From Octopus sinensis (lineage: Eukaryota), in NCBI RefSeq assembly GCF_006345805.1, contig NC_043007.1, positions 14,570,001 through 14,634,000 of the forward strand: DNA of 64,000 bases, in the 5' to 3' direction. This document shows, one piece after another, positions 38,357 through 51,141 of the stretch. Under the pieces are notes generated by a model. It was not told the origin of the DNA and did no database searches. It saw only the letters and a program-made list of their open reading frames with translations. Position 1 is the first letter of the stretch; each line of letters starts with the position of its first letter. Made by a program: the position numbers and the translations under genes.

Positions 38357-38493
38357 TACCAGTAAAATCAGTTACAGAGAGAAAGAAAGAAAGAGAGAAA
38401 CAAGGAATGAAGGCGGGGGGAGTGTTCGTTTCGTTCTTGTTTTCTTCTTACCTTCTCTTTTCTCTTTAAGTAATTAATTTAATGTTATTATTA

Positions 38494-38528
<35 letters not shown>

Positions 38529-38774
38529 GCCCCGATTCGAGCCGTGGAGGGAAAAGCATGAACACCACGATTATGGAATATAAGTTAACAGTAAAATCAG
38601 TTACAGAAAGAAAGAAAGAAAGAATGAAGGAAGGAAGAAGGGGGAGTGTTCGTTTCGTTCTGTTTTCTTCTTACCTTCTCTTTTCTCTTTAAGTAATTAA
38701 TTTAATGTTATTAATTTAATGTTATTACCCAGATTCGAGCCTTGAATCAAAATCATGAACACCACGATTATGAA
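38349..38774. repeat. Tandem duplication (229 bp and 197 bp units)
   Basis: ATATAAGTTA(C/A)CAGTAAAATCAGTTACAGA...CATGAACACCACGATTATG occurs twice. Confidence 0.92.
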
Positions 38775-40146
38775 TTATTTTTTTTTGTTTCTCAATAAAA
38801 AATATACGATTCCATGCATTTTAAATAAATATTCTAATAATTATTTAGCGTGTGTCACAGTTTAACTCCACTTCCTGAGGGCGCCTAGGGGTGACTGGTT
38901 CTTTTTAAGTAGAATTTCGGGAAGTTCACTCGAATGTTTCTCCACTCTAGGGTGAAAAATAAATTGTCTGTATATAATTGAGGCGATAGATAATTTACAA
39001 TGCGTTATTATTTCTCTTTACCACTGGTTTTTCCCAATCTTTCTCTGTAGTTATCAGACTCTTCTCCATGTGTCTTACCAACAAAATTGTGTTCTGTAGC
39101 CATTCAATTTTTTGAATTGTGCGTTCAATTTGAGGAAGAATGTCCAACGTAAAAATGCGGTTCTGCTCAGTAATGCTAGTTTTGCTTCTTTTTTTTTTTT
39201 AAATAAATATACCTAAACACTAATACTTGTAAATCTAAAATATTGACTTTATTTCTCTCCTTCCTTTTTCCTCTATTCCATAGGATCCTATTATGAGGAA
39301 CGAGTGATTTTAACATTTATTTTCCTCATACACCCGACTTCTCTTTCTTGGTTTTCTTCCATGCCTTCATAAATATGCGTCTTCTTTTCGAGAAATGTTC
39401 CGGTCAGAAGAGGTTTATATAAAACAAAAAGAAAATTCTCTTTCCTATGTCCTTTAATTATGATGCAATAGGCGTTTCTTTCAATTTCCCTACCAGTTTA
39501 CATAGGGAAATTCTTGAACGATGTGACCTGCTTCTATTGCTGTCTTAAACTAAACCTTGTGCACAACTGCTATCCCCTACCCCTTCACCTGTCGAACCAG
39601 CAAAAATTTAGGTGCCACTGTTTTTTCAAAAATCTCGTTTGTTTGCTAGATTGTACACTTCATGTCTCAGAAACAACAAAAAATAAGTTTGCAATTATTT
39701 TACAATATTTAATAACCAAAATTTAAAAGTATGTTTCTATTTTATTGTTTTACCAAATTTGCAACAATCTTAGCCAGATATATCCACATTAAACGTGTAG
39801 CTCGAAATTGTTCAACATGTCATAAATTTGGCGAGAATTTTTCTCCAGAGAATTTTAGATGAAAGATAACAAACATTTCCAAAATTCTTCATCTGGTGCT
39901 GGAAAATATTTTTGGATTGTAAATTTTATTTTTCTTGTAATTATTTTTTTTTTATTGATATTTGTTGTTAAACACTAAGTTGGGACGACTCAATGAGACA
40001 ACCTCTACATGATTGCTTGATCTGGAAGAAATAGCAGCTAAGTTCCTCTTATAACACACCCGGACTTCTTTTTTTTTTAATCACGTTTTCAAAAATGTTC
40101 TCTTTAGGCATGACTAAATATAGAATAATTATTAATGTGTGAAATG

Positions 40147-40308
40147 TATCATCATCATCATCATCGTCATCATCATCATTTAACGTCCGCTTTCCATGCT
40201 AGCATGGGTTGGACGATTTGGCTGAGGTCTGGCGAACCAGACTCCACTCTGATCTGGCAGAGTTTCTACAACTGGATGCCCTTCCTAACGCCAACCACTC
40301 CGAGAGTG
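40147..40308 (-). mobile_element. Family D fragment
   Basis: (CAT)n and D motifs. Confidence 0.85.
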
Positions 40309-40546
40309 AAATACGTATATGAAACTAAATAAATGTATTCTTGTGTATTAAAAAAAAAAAACTTTTAAACTTTGATATTTTCTTTGTGTGTAAAACAAAA
40401 CTTAAAAGAAATGTGATGTACCTCCATAGATATTTTCAGTTATATCTACAATACATTTAATCATGTCAAAAGATAACATTCAATGCACTCCACTTTTGTT
40501 CATGGGTCTACTCAATCAGGATTGGCCAAGGGCTAAACAACAAATT

Positions 40547-40856
40547 GTAACCGCTCGAAAGAGCTGTTCTTCACTCCTGCTCCAGAGCGTCGGCTGCGGG
40601 GTCACTCCAAAAAGCTCTATCTGCGACGATTTCATCTCAATCGAAGGAGAGGGGCTTTCTCCGTCTGGGTTGCAGATCCGTGGAATAAGCTGCCGGACGA
40701 GATAGTGAAGATGCTGACGACCACTCGGTTCAAAGTCTCTCTTGACCAGAAATGGCCTGAACTCTTTGCATGAACACCCTCCCTGTACATAACTCCATGT
40801 CCCCCTACATGGCCTTGCGTTTTGCTTTTTGAGCCAAAAAATTAACTTAACTAACC
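40547..40856 (+). mobile_element. CR1-group LINE 3' end, 5' truncated
   Basis: LRGHSKKLYLRRFHLNRRRGAFSVWVADPWNKLPDEIV...FKVSLD; stop at 40771-40773; TAAC-type tail. Confidence 0.85.
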
Positions 40857-41559
40857 CACATCAGTTTACTTTTCATAGGGTGCTATGTTATGTATTTCAC
40901 CTACAGTAAACCTGGAATCTCTGTACCTCATTTCTTCTAACAGGTCCTCTACTACACACTGTGTTTCTGCCAATAGCATCAATGTTGTTGGGTGGTCATT
41001 GCCTTCTATTAGGGCACAGAAGTTTCCAAAATATAACAACTGGCAAGACATGGTATTCAGCATGGTGGCAGTGACCACCAAAGCCTATTTTGCATTAGCA
41101 ACAATAGAAAGAGATGGGTAGGATGTGTCTGTAAATTTTCCCTTTGGTCTTGTGCTTATGCTATGAGATGCTTTGGGGCCTCATGAGTATTAACGCTTAT
41201 TTTCATTGGTGATATCCATAACATACCAAACTCAATGTTTGGTTGTCAGATGGGGTTCTCAGCTGTCACTAGGGAGACTCTGAAAACTATTAAACAATAG
41301 CTCCATACCTCTAGTGGTTTCAAATTTTGATATAAGACCAGCAATTTTCTGAGGAGGTGGGTTACTTGATTACATCAACCTTTGAACTCAACAGGTACAT
41401 ATTTCTTTGATCCTGAAAGAATGCGAGGCAAAGTCAACCTCAGAAGAATTCCAAGTGAGAACAACTGGAAGAAATGGTACTAAGCACTTTGCCTGATGTG
41501 CCAACAATTCTACCAGCTTACCACCTTCACTTTGCTTTTAATGAAAACTTTATTCAAGA

Positions 41560-41750
41560 TTCTGTTGTGTCTGGGGAGAGTCATTTTCTTTTTGTGCCTT
41601 ATAATGTAAGTGGAAATTTTACCAGTGAGTGTGTTACATTATAAGGCACAACAAGAAAATGACTCTCCCCAGACACAACAGAATATGCTTCAACACACGA
41701 ACTCATATAAAGAATCTTACAAACCAAATCCAAAAACGAAATATTTATTA
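41560..41750 (+). mobile_element. Penelope-like terminal repeat fragment with inverted duplication
   Basis: Arms TTCTGTTGTGTCTGGGGAGAGTCATTTTC and GAAAATGACTCTCCCCAGACACAACAGAA; same family as 783-1016. Confidence 0.45.
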
Positions 41751-41840
41751 AAGATATAATTTTATTAAAAACTTTATTCAAGATATAATATAATTTTCAT
41801 TTTCTAGTTATAGACCTTTGGCATAATGTTGTGCTTGAGA

Positions 41841-42139
41841 GAAGGTGGCAAGCTGGCAGAATCGTTAGCATGCCGGGCAAAATGCTTAGCTGTCTGTCGC
41901 TCTGTTCTGAGTTTGAATTCCACCGAGGTCGACTTTGCCTTTCATCTATTCAGGGTCAATAAATCAAGTACCAGTTAAGAACTGGGGTCAATGTAATTGA
42001 CTAGTTCCGTTCCTTCAAATTTTTGCCTTTCATCTATTCAGGGTCAATAAATCAAGTACCAGTTGAGAACTGGGGTCAATGTAATTGACTAGTTCCCTTC
42101 CTTCAAATTTGAGGCCTTGTGCTCCCAGTAGAAAAGATG
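41841..42139 (+). mobile_element. Older family A subfamily SINE with 88-bp internal tandem duplication
   Basis: 15-bp TSD ATGTTGTGCTTGAGA; duplicated TTTGCCTTTCATCTATTCAGGG...CTTCAAATT. Confidence 0.85.
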
Positions 42140-42861
42140 ATGTTGTGCTTGAGAAGACCAATTAAGCCTTGTAAAATTGCAGTCATGGCAGATATTGGTG
42201 TCACGTAAATGGCACCCATGTTGGTGGCACATAAGAGCACCCACTACACTCTCAGAGTGGTTGGTGTTAGAAAGGGTATCCAGCTGTAGAAACCATGCTG
42301 AATCGGACTGGAGTCTAGTGCAGCCTCTCAGTTTGCCAGCTCTAGGAGCAATGTGAAGTGGAGTGTCTTGTTCAACAATACGACACCCTACCTGGTCCTG
42401 GAATTGAATCTATGATCTCATGATTATGAGCAGAACACACTAAGTGCTAGGCCACACATCTTCATGTCACAACTCTATATGGTGTATACATAGCCTGGTG
42501 TGATGTATATACAATTTAATGGAAACAGACCCATGCCAGTGCCACATGAAAAGCACCCAGTACACTCTGTAAAGTGGTTGGCATTAAGAAGGGCATCCAG
42601 CCATAGAAACCATGCCAAACAGGCAACTGGGGCCTGATGCAGCCCTCCATCTTGCCAACTCCTGCCAAACCATCCAACCCGTGCCAGTATGGAAAATGGG
42701 TGTTAAATTATGATAATTATGAGACATTCTGCTAAAAAGCATAAAATAGTGCTAAAATATTTCTCATTGAAACTCACAATAAGAGACAGTGCATGTAAAA
42801 GTGTGGAGGTGAACAGATAATGTCTGGCCTGGTATCTGTAGATGAAAAATTTGCCCACCAG

Positions 42862-43125
42862 TCATCATCATCATCATCATCGTTTAACATCCGTTTTCCA
42901 TGCTGGAATGGGTTGGACAGTTCAACCGGGGTCTGGGAAGCCAGGAGGCTGCACCAGGCTCCAGTCTGATCTGGCAGTGTTTCTACAGCTGAATGCCCTT
43001 CCTAACGCCAACCACTCAGTAAGTGTAGTGGGTGCTTTTTACGTGCCACCGGTACAGGGGCCAGAGGAGGCTGGCAAATGGCCACGATCGGTTGGTGCTT
43101 TCACATGTTACCAACACGGACATCG
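42862..43125 (-). mobile_element. Family D copy
   Basis: Shared D motifs. Confidence 0.85.
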
Positions 43126-43473
43126 GTGAGTACTGGAAAACTACAAGGGTTGTCTGATAAAAGTTTACATGTGATCAGAGATAATCCATGTGCATGTGGA
43201 CAAGGTCAAAAGAAGCTTACCTACCCCAGTGAATAAGCCTCACTCATTGGGGTCTTATAAAGTGTGTCATATGTTTTTGTTGAGGTTCTGTGGATGGTGA
43301 AAGGCAACAGTACCACTCAAATAGATGTTTCTCTTCTTGGCATTATGACTTACTGGGCAACACCTTACAGACAATCCCTACCAAGTCTGGAATGACAGCA
43401 GTATATCTGTCTAGTTCATGTGATGAAGGAATACAAGCAAAAAGATGACATTAGCAATATATTCTTTCTCAAA

Positions 43474-43907
43474 GGCGGTGAGCTGACAGAAACGTTAGCA
43501 CTCTGTGCGAAATACTTAGCGGTATTTCGCCTATCTCTACGTTCTGAGTTCAAATTCCGCCGAGGTCAACTTTGCTTTTCACCCTTTCAGGATCGATAAG
43601 TTAAGTACCAGTTACGCACTGGGGGCGATCTAATCGACTTAATCCCTTTGTCTGTCCTTGTTTGTCCCATCCATGTTTAGCTCCTTGTGGGCAATAAAGA
43701 AATAAGAAACATTAGCACACCAGGTGAAAAGCTTAACAGTATTTCATCTGTCCTTACGTTCTGAGTTCAAATTCCACCAAGGTCAGCTTTGCCTTTCATC
43801 CTTTCGGGGTTGATAAATTAAGTACCAGTTGCATACTGGGGTCGATCTAATCGGCTGGCACCCTTCCCCAAAAATTTCGGGCCTTGTACCTATAGTAGAA
43901 AAGAATA
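43474..43907 (+). mobile_element. Family A young unit fused to an older-subfamily unit
   Basis: Junction GAAATAAG/AAACATTAGC near 43706; the second unit ends in the alternative tail GGCCTTGTACCTATAGTAGAAAAG. Confidence 0.85.
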
Positions 43908-44445
43908 TGTTCTTTCTCACTTTGGGTCAAACTGGAACTTTTAAAGCAGGTTCTGAACATCGTTACTTCACTCAGGAGTTATTTGTTGTGGCATGCAATA
44001 TAGGAATTTGACCAGTTGCTTTTACATGAGCCTATGTCTAAGAAGGCTCAGAGTTGAGAGTAATTTACAGCAGTTAACAAAGAAGTCCCTTCCAAGTACC
44101 TTGAAAAATTTCAAGTTATGTTTAAATCTGTACTATGGCTGTTTGTAACATCATTCACACAAACTTTCTTTGCAAAAGAACATCCTTCATATCCCAATGA
44201 CTGGTTTTCTCTTCAAAGCCAGAAGATACTTTAGCTCCAAACAATTATGTACACTCTACAAGACTCCAATGAAGCATTGCTTTTGTCCGGAGCTTGTTTA
44301 TGGTGTGCGTTTGCTGAAAACTATCATTGCATGATTGGTCCTTAGGAAGAATGATGCCGTATCCTTAAGTTGAATGTAAGATCAGGCTGGCAGCATGTAA
44401 CGAAATAAGAAAACTCACAGACATTCAACTATATTTTATTGATAG

Positions 44446-44845
44446 GCGGCGAGCTGGCAGAAACGTTAGCATGCCAGGCGAAATGCGTAGCCGTATTTCG
44501 TCTGCCGTTTAGTTCTGAGTTCAAATTCCGCCCAGGTCGACTTTGCCTTTCATCCTTTCAGGGTCGATAAATTAAGTACCAGTTACGCACTGAGATCGAT
44601 GTAATTGACTTAATCCGTTTGTCTGTCCTTGTTTGTCCTCTCTATGTTTAGCCCCTTGTGGGTAGTAAAGAAATAGGTATTTTGTCTGCCACTACGTTCT
44701 GAGTTCAAATTCTGCCGAGGTCGACTTTGCCTTCCATCCTTTCGGGGTCGATAAATTAAGTACCAGTTACGCACTGGGGTCGATATAATCGACTTAATCC
44801 GTTTGTCCCCTCTGTGTTTAGCCCCTTGTGGGTAGTAAAGAAATA
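44446..44845 (+). mobile_element. Family A dimer
   Basis: One head, two bodies, junction GAAATAGGTATTTT, outer direct repeat TTTTATTGATAG. Confidence 0.9.
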
Positions 44846-45047
44846 TATATTTTATTGATAGAAAACTGTGCATATAAATACACAGACTTACTGGTTATCA
44901 GAATAGTAAGTAGGAATAGATTTATAGCATTGGCTGAGACATTAGCTATTTGGATGAGATAAATGCCGATACAAATACCGCAATACATTGTTAAAGCTTG
45001 GAGAAGAGAACTGCACTGTGTCTTGTTGTGGTTTGTTGTGATCTGTT

Positions 45048-45416
45048 ATCAAAGAAGCTTGAGAGGCGGTTGGATGGAGCTTACACTCGCTTTCTTATGA
45101 GAGCTCAAAATCTCTCGTGGAAGCGTCATCCAACCAAAGTACAAATATATGGGCAACTACCACCTGTATCATCTCTTGTGAAAGGTAGAAGAGTCCAGTT
45201 TGCTGGACATTGTTGTAGAGCTGAAAACGAGGTAATTTCTACTCTTCTCCTCTGGAAGCCATTTGCTCGCGATACCAGAGGGCGCACACTCTCCTACACT
45301 GATGTAATCTCCAAAGATACAGGCATCCAGCAATCCGTAATGCTATGGACCGTGAAGTCTGGCGTAACATAGTAAATTCTATTGTCTCGACCATGGTCGA
45401 ACAATGATGATGATGA
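45048..45416 (+). mobile_element. RTE-clade LINE 3' fragment (second family)
   Basis: RLDGAYTRFLMRAQNLSWKRHPT...YGQLPPVS...RRVQFAGHCCR; (GAT)n tail; 11-bp TSD TGTGATCTGTT. Confidence 0.88.
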
Positions 45417-45549
45417 TGTGATCTGTTCTTCTTGAAGGCTAATTGTTGTCTGCCTTGTTTGAGTGCCCAATGTGGTCTGTTGTGTTTCAGGTGCCAAACG
45501 GTTTAACTAAGGTAAAAGGGTGCAAAACTAGAATATTTAGTACCCGCTG

Positions 45550-45761
45550 ACTGGCCCCTATGCTGATGGCATGTAAAAAACACCCACTACACTCTCGGAG
45601 TGGTTGGCATTAGGAAGGGCATCCAACTGTAGAAACTGCCAGATCAGAATGGAGCCTGGCGCAGTCATCTGGTTCGCCAGCCCTCAGTCAAACCGTCCAA
45701 CTCATGCTAGCATGGAAAGCGGACGTTAAATGATGATAATGATGATGATGATGATGATGAT
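45550..45761 (+). mobile_element. Family D fragment
   Basis: Shared D motifs and (GAT)n tail. Confidence 0.85.
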
Positions 45762-46205
45762 TGTCATAGAGTGCTGTGATACTTAAGAGAGTAGTGGTTA
45801 GTAGTGAGTGGCATTGTGAGGTTTTAAACATACGTAATACATACAATTGGCAAAATGCCAACAATGATGTCACATACCTTAAATGTGCCAAGATAGGGTG
45901 ATGAGGTCATAGAAACAAAGGGAAAACAATATTAGATATTTGATACCTGAAACGAAAAACTAGATAGGTTGGTCATGGCTGGAATATTTTACGTCGGGTA
46001 GGTTTGCTCAGTCAGAGTCAACCTTCACCTCACTGTCTTTCTGTCATCCTCCTTTAGCCTCTTTGAAATGAACACCGTAAAAGAAGCCCCTACGAGGAGA
46101 TGTTTATCTAACGTGAGGGAGACATTAATGATGTGTAACATTAATACAGACCCTGTCCCTTGTGAAATTAAGTTATTTCTAATAAGAATTAGGCTGAAAT
46201 GCTAG

Positions 46206-46237
<32 letters not shown>

Positions 46238-46249
46238 ATATATACATAA

Positions 46250-46662
46250 GGTACATGTGTGGCTGCATGGTAAGAGGTTTGCTTCTCAGTGAAATGGTTC
46301 CAGGTTCAGTCCTCTGGGTGGCATTTTAGGCCATTACCTTCTATTATAGATCTAGGCCAACCAAGGCCTCATGAGAGGATTTGGTAGATGGTAACTGAAA
46401 GAAGCCTGTTATGTGTGTGTGTTTGTGTTTGTGTGTGTGTACGTCTTTGTGTTTGTGTTTGTCTCCCACCACTGCTTGAGAACTGGTGTAGTTGGTTTGT
46501 TTATGTTTCCATAACTTAGCAATTTGGTTTAAAAAAAAAAACTGATTGAATAATTACCAGGCTTAGAAAATGTAAGTACAGGGGGTTGATCTGTTGGACT
46601 AAACCCTTCAAGGCAGTGCCCCAGCATGGCCACAGTCCAATGAGTGAGACAAGTAAAAGATA
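46250..46662 (+). mobile_element. SINE family B, diverged
   Basis: B head, body and tail with CpG decay. Confidence 0.8.
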
Positions 46663-46716
46663 ATACACACACACACATATGTATGTAAATGTGTGTGTGT
46701 GTGTATATATATATGT

Positions 46717-47065
46717 ATTCTTTTATTTGTTTCAGTCATTTGACTGCAGCCATGCTGGAGCACCACCTTTAATCGAAGAAATCAACCCCAGACTTATTCT
46801 TTGGAAGCCTAGTACTTATTCTATCGGTCTCTTTTGCCAAACTGCTAAATTAAGGGATGTAAACCCACCAACATCGGTTGTCAAGCGATGGTTGGGTGAC
46901 AAACACAGACATACACACACGCGCACACACACATACATACATATGCCAGGCTTCTTTCAGTTTCTGTCTATAGTAGAAGACACTTGCCCAAGGTGTCACA
47001 CAGTGGGACTGAACCCAGAACCATGTGGTTGGGAAGCAAGCTTCTTACCACATAGCCTGCACCTA
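46717..47065 (-). mobile_element. SINE family B
   Basis: Reverse-complement B, tail-to-tail with the copy at 46250. Confidence 0.85.
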
Positions 47066-47405
47066 TATGTGTATGTATATGTATATATATATATATCAAT
47101 ATATGTGGGCAATAAAGAAATATATAACAAGACATTTGTTTGTGTCCTATCATACTTTAGCTTCTCAAGACTTGACATAAACCTACCTTCCTCAATACAG
47201 TACTCCTGCCACCACTAAGTCAAGGGATCTTGTCTTGCAAGTGACTTAGTAACCTCACTCGTGCTGGTGCCATGTAAAAAGCACCCTCTACACTCTGGAA
47301 AATGGTCTGCATCCAGCTACAGAAACCATGCTAAAGTAGTTTGGCCTTTACAACCTGTTAAATTGTCCAACCCAAGTCAGTAGGATATATAGTAGATGAT
47401 AATGA

Positions 47406-47472
<67 letters not shown>

Positions 47473-48149
47473 TACATATCTATCTATTTATGTGTGTGTG
47501 TGTGTGGGGGGGGGTTCACTGGCTATTAGGGTCTGAAGAAACACCATAAAGTTAAGTACTTTACGGACGTGAAACCCAGGCTAATCCCATAGACTGGCAA
47601 TAGCTAGTGTGCTTCTCTTTCGGATTTATGATTTACTGACGATATGTGTTGGTGTGTGTGTGTGTGTGTGTCTCAGCATGCTAAACATGTGTGTCCCACT
47701 CCTCAGAACTTTATTAAAATGGATATTTTTAATGAAATTTTCTACAAGTACCTTTCGGATGATATAAATTACGATTATATCAGAATGTAATGAGAACCGC
47801 CCCACACCGCAGCCACAAAAAAACCTTGCTGTGAGCACAGACATACAGACAGACATACATCACATATATCTACAAAATAAACCTGTAATTTTGAAAGATT
47901 ACTTGATGTGTGTCAGTAATGTATCTGTGCGCAGCCACCAACGTTCTTTGTTTTCGCTGGAGTTTTACCGTAATCTACATCTTCTGAAAAGTATTAATAG
48001 AAAATTTCATTATAGAATGCCAAATTTTCTTAAAGTTATGAGGAAAAAAAGTCGATAGAGAACACTTATGTAGGTGTGTCTATATTTGGATGTATGTGAT
48101 TACGTCTCTACGTTTTTATTTTTGTTTCTCATCGCCTAACAACCATTGG

Positions 48150-48388
48150 GGTACTACTTGAGAACAGTGGTCCCGGTGCGCGCACTCGCATAGTCGCGCA
48201 TCCTAGGTGGGTCGTCGTGACTAGTCGATCCTACAACGACGACCTAGCAAAGTAAATAAAACACAAAATAAATAATTTTTTAAACAAAGTAAATAACACA
48301 AAAACTCAAAGTAAGGATCGACTAATCACGACTAGCTGGCGCAGATGCGCGAGTGCGCGCATAGGGACCACTGTTCTCTAGAAGTACC
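48150..48388. mobile_element. Merlin-like MITE
   Basis: 8-bp TSD ACCATTGG (48142-48149 and 48389-48396), GGTAC...GTACC termini, long imperfect TIRs. Confidence 0.8.
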
Positions 48389-48799
48389 ACCATTGGTTAT
48401 TAAGTGACATTGGTTTGTTTATAGCTACGAAAAGACCGATAGAATAAGTTGTTTAGAGCTACAAAATGACCGATAGAAACAGTTTTGAAATATGAACTGG
48501 GATTGGTTTTGTCAACTTAACCCCATTCAAGTATAAGAATATAAGAATATAAGAATAAAAGAATAATAAATACACTGATTGATCTTGGTGACGTGACAGT
48601 GTAAGCTTTGGCGGGAAATACTGGTTTCATGCCGTGGGAAGTGGCGTGTGAAAAACAAATAAAGAATTTACAAACATTTTCTATTTTAAAGAAATTAGTC
48701 GTGTAAGGATGGAACAATGTGGGAAGGTAGAAAGTAAACTACAAAAGGCAGGGACTGGGCCACTAACAGCGAAGTTCTTGTCAACATTGTTAGCTCGCC

Positions 48800-49201
48800 G
48801 GATCTTTTCGGTTTGAACGGCAGTTTTTAACATAATTTCCACGTAACTAAAAAATTTTAAACTTCGTATACTGGTAGAATGTGTTTATAAAACATCTTTT
48901 TCTCTTGGCTTTATTGAGAAAATTCTATAGTTTGTAAGATATTTGTCGTTTTTTTCTCTTCAATTTCTGCAATTTCAACCAATCAATGACATCTATTGAG
49001 GTAAAAAAAACATTCTGTGCCGTATGAATATGTCCCTTGTTTCAGAAACAGATTGGGTTTATTTACATTTGTGAAGAAAAAAATCTACCCTTAACCCTAA
49101 AACTGATTGGAATGCAATAGATCGATACTAGGGTCATAATTATGGGTGACAATTTCATATGATACCGCTAGAAGAAACTGCCGTTCAAATCGAAAAGATC
49201 C
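48800..49201. mobile_element. Non-autonomous TIR element with GGATC termini (superfamily unclear)
   Basis: TIR GGATCTTTTCGGTTTGAACGGCAGTTT / AAACTGCCGTTCAAATCGAAAAGATCC; no clear TSD. Confidence 0.75.
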
Positions 49202-49381
49202 AAAATTTCCAAAGAGAAAGATCCGCGGACGGGTCACAACTTCTAACTCATATATCTATATAAATCTTCTATATATCTATGCATAATTCGATATACATTT
49301 ATAAAGATAAGTTTAAGACATTAAATTAACACGTAACATCTTCATTAACGACGCCACTGAATTTAGGACGTTTATATTACA

Positions 49382-49785
49382 CTAGCAGTATCGCCCGGCG
49401 TTGCTCGGGTTTGTAAGGGAAATAACTATATAAGCATTTTTAGAGAGTTATAGCCAAAAAATAGCAAAAAAATGCATCAAAAATGGAAAAAAAAATGATG
49501 GTAAATTTTTTTTAAAAATCGTTGACTCATCGTAGACATTTTTAGAGAGTTACTTCCCTTATATAATAGCGAAAAAATGCCTTAAAAATGGGAAAAAATT
49601 ATGGTAATTTTTTTTTTAAATCGTAGACTCATCGTAGACGCGCGCTAATACCCAGAAGGGCTCGATATGAATCACGACTATAAGATACCCGGTTTTGGTT
49701 AAATTGCACCGCAAAATGTGGGAGTAGTTAGGAATCTAAATCGCAGGAGACAGACACACAACCTCTCTTTTATATATAAAGAAGA
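49382..49785 (-). mobile_element. Non-autonomous Helitron
   Basis: Minus strand 5'-TC...hairpin CCCGAGCAACGCCGGG...CTAG-3' between A and T, no TSD; paralog at 59616. Confidence 0.8.
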
Positions 49786-49896
49786 TATGATGAATTCTGT
49801 ATTTTTCAGCTAGATTGTAGTTGGGTTTCAAAGGGGTGATATAAACATAACAATATGTTTTATAGTGAAAACGAAATTTCCATTCAAATGGCAATT

Positions 49897-50200
49897 ACTC
49901 TTTTACTTGTTTCCGTCATTTGACTGTGGTCATGCTGGAGCACCGCCTTTAGACGAGCAAATCGAACCCAGGACTTATTCTTTGTAAGCTTAGTACTTAT
50001 TCTATCGGTCTTCTTTTGCCGAAGCGCTAAGTTACAGGGACGTAAACACACCAGCATCGGTTGTCAAACGATGTTGGGGGACAAACACAGGCACACCAAC
50101 ATACATATATACGACGGGCTTCTTTCAGTTTCCGTTTACCAAATCCATTCACAAGGCTTTGGTTGACCCGAGGCTATAGTAGAAGACATTTGCCCAAGGT
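49897..50200 (-). mobile_element. SINE family B, 5' truncated
   Basis: Reverse-complement B tail and body. Confidence 0.85.
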
Positions 50201-50298
50201 ATTCTTTACAAAACAAGGAACATAGGCCATGTCAGATGAAGGTCAACTGTGGTTCTGAAGAACCTGGTTTTGCATTGTATTTGAACGTTTGGTGCTTT

Positions 50299-51141
50299 AA
50301 TAATAATAATAATGAAATTATTGTATACAGTGCTCAGGTGCACCACAACTTGTCAGAAAGTGCATATAAAGTACATGCAGTAATGTAGAAATGTCTGGAA
50401 AGCGAACAATATATGAGTCAGATACATGCTTGTGTGTGTATGGAGGGGAGAAAATCAAGTGTAGTGTTGGCGAATCTCAGGAAACATGGAAGTTTTGAAG
50501 GATGCAGTGCTCCGACAACTAACAACTGATGCTGGCAGTTTGTTCCATGCTTCAGCAACTCTCAGCGTGAAAAAATGTTTCCTGAAGTCATGGGAGCTGT
50601 GCTGTTTTCTTACTTTGTAAATATGTCCACGAGTGTTAGATGGGTGGAGTTTGAAAAGGTGCTCAGAGTTATTGTTTGTACGATGGTTGACAATTTTATG
50701 GGTGTCTGCCAAGTCAGCTGCCAGACGTCGGAGTTTCAATGTGTCCATACCCAGGGAAGTAAGGCGTTCAGGATATGGCAAATGCCTGATGGAGGGTATT
50801 CTTTTGGTTGCACGTCGCTGAACAGCTTCTAGACGATTGATATACTGGGCAAGATAGGGGTTCCAGACCGGTGATGTAAATTCCAGGTGAGGTCTTACCA
50901 TAGCTATATAAAGCCGCAGATAGATAGCCGGAGAGCGGCTCACAAAGGATTTGGTGAGTGATGCCAAGACACCCTCAGCCTTCTTGACAATTTTAGCGAT
51001 GTGTTTTGTCCAACGCAAATCACTGTCGACAATAACACCCAGGTCACGTTCACATGAAGACTTTTAGAGACTAGTGTTGTGGAGGGAGTAGGTGGGCGCT
51101 GGGTTTCTCCTCCCAAAATGCATGGTGGTACATTTGTCTAC
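50299..51141 (-). mobile_element. CR1-group LINE 3' fragment, relatively young
   Basis: ERDLGVIVD...MVRPHLEFTSPVWNPY...LEAVQRRATK...YPERL...LRRL...TRGH...FFTLRVAEAWNKLP (ORF 50455-51018), 3' UTR and (ATT)n tail. Confidence 0.92.

Noticed and set aside
46679-47218. 179-aa ORF and similar ORFs at 27571, 30385, 56565, 15650 and 51797
   Set aside because: Chance frames through SINEs and microsatellites; the same peptides recur wherever the repeats occur.
49085-49101. Telomere-like TTAACCCTAA
   Set aside because: Fewer than two units and internal to a TIR element.
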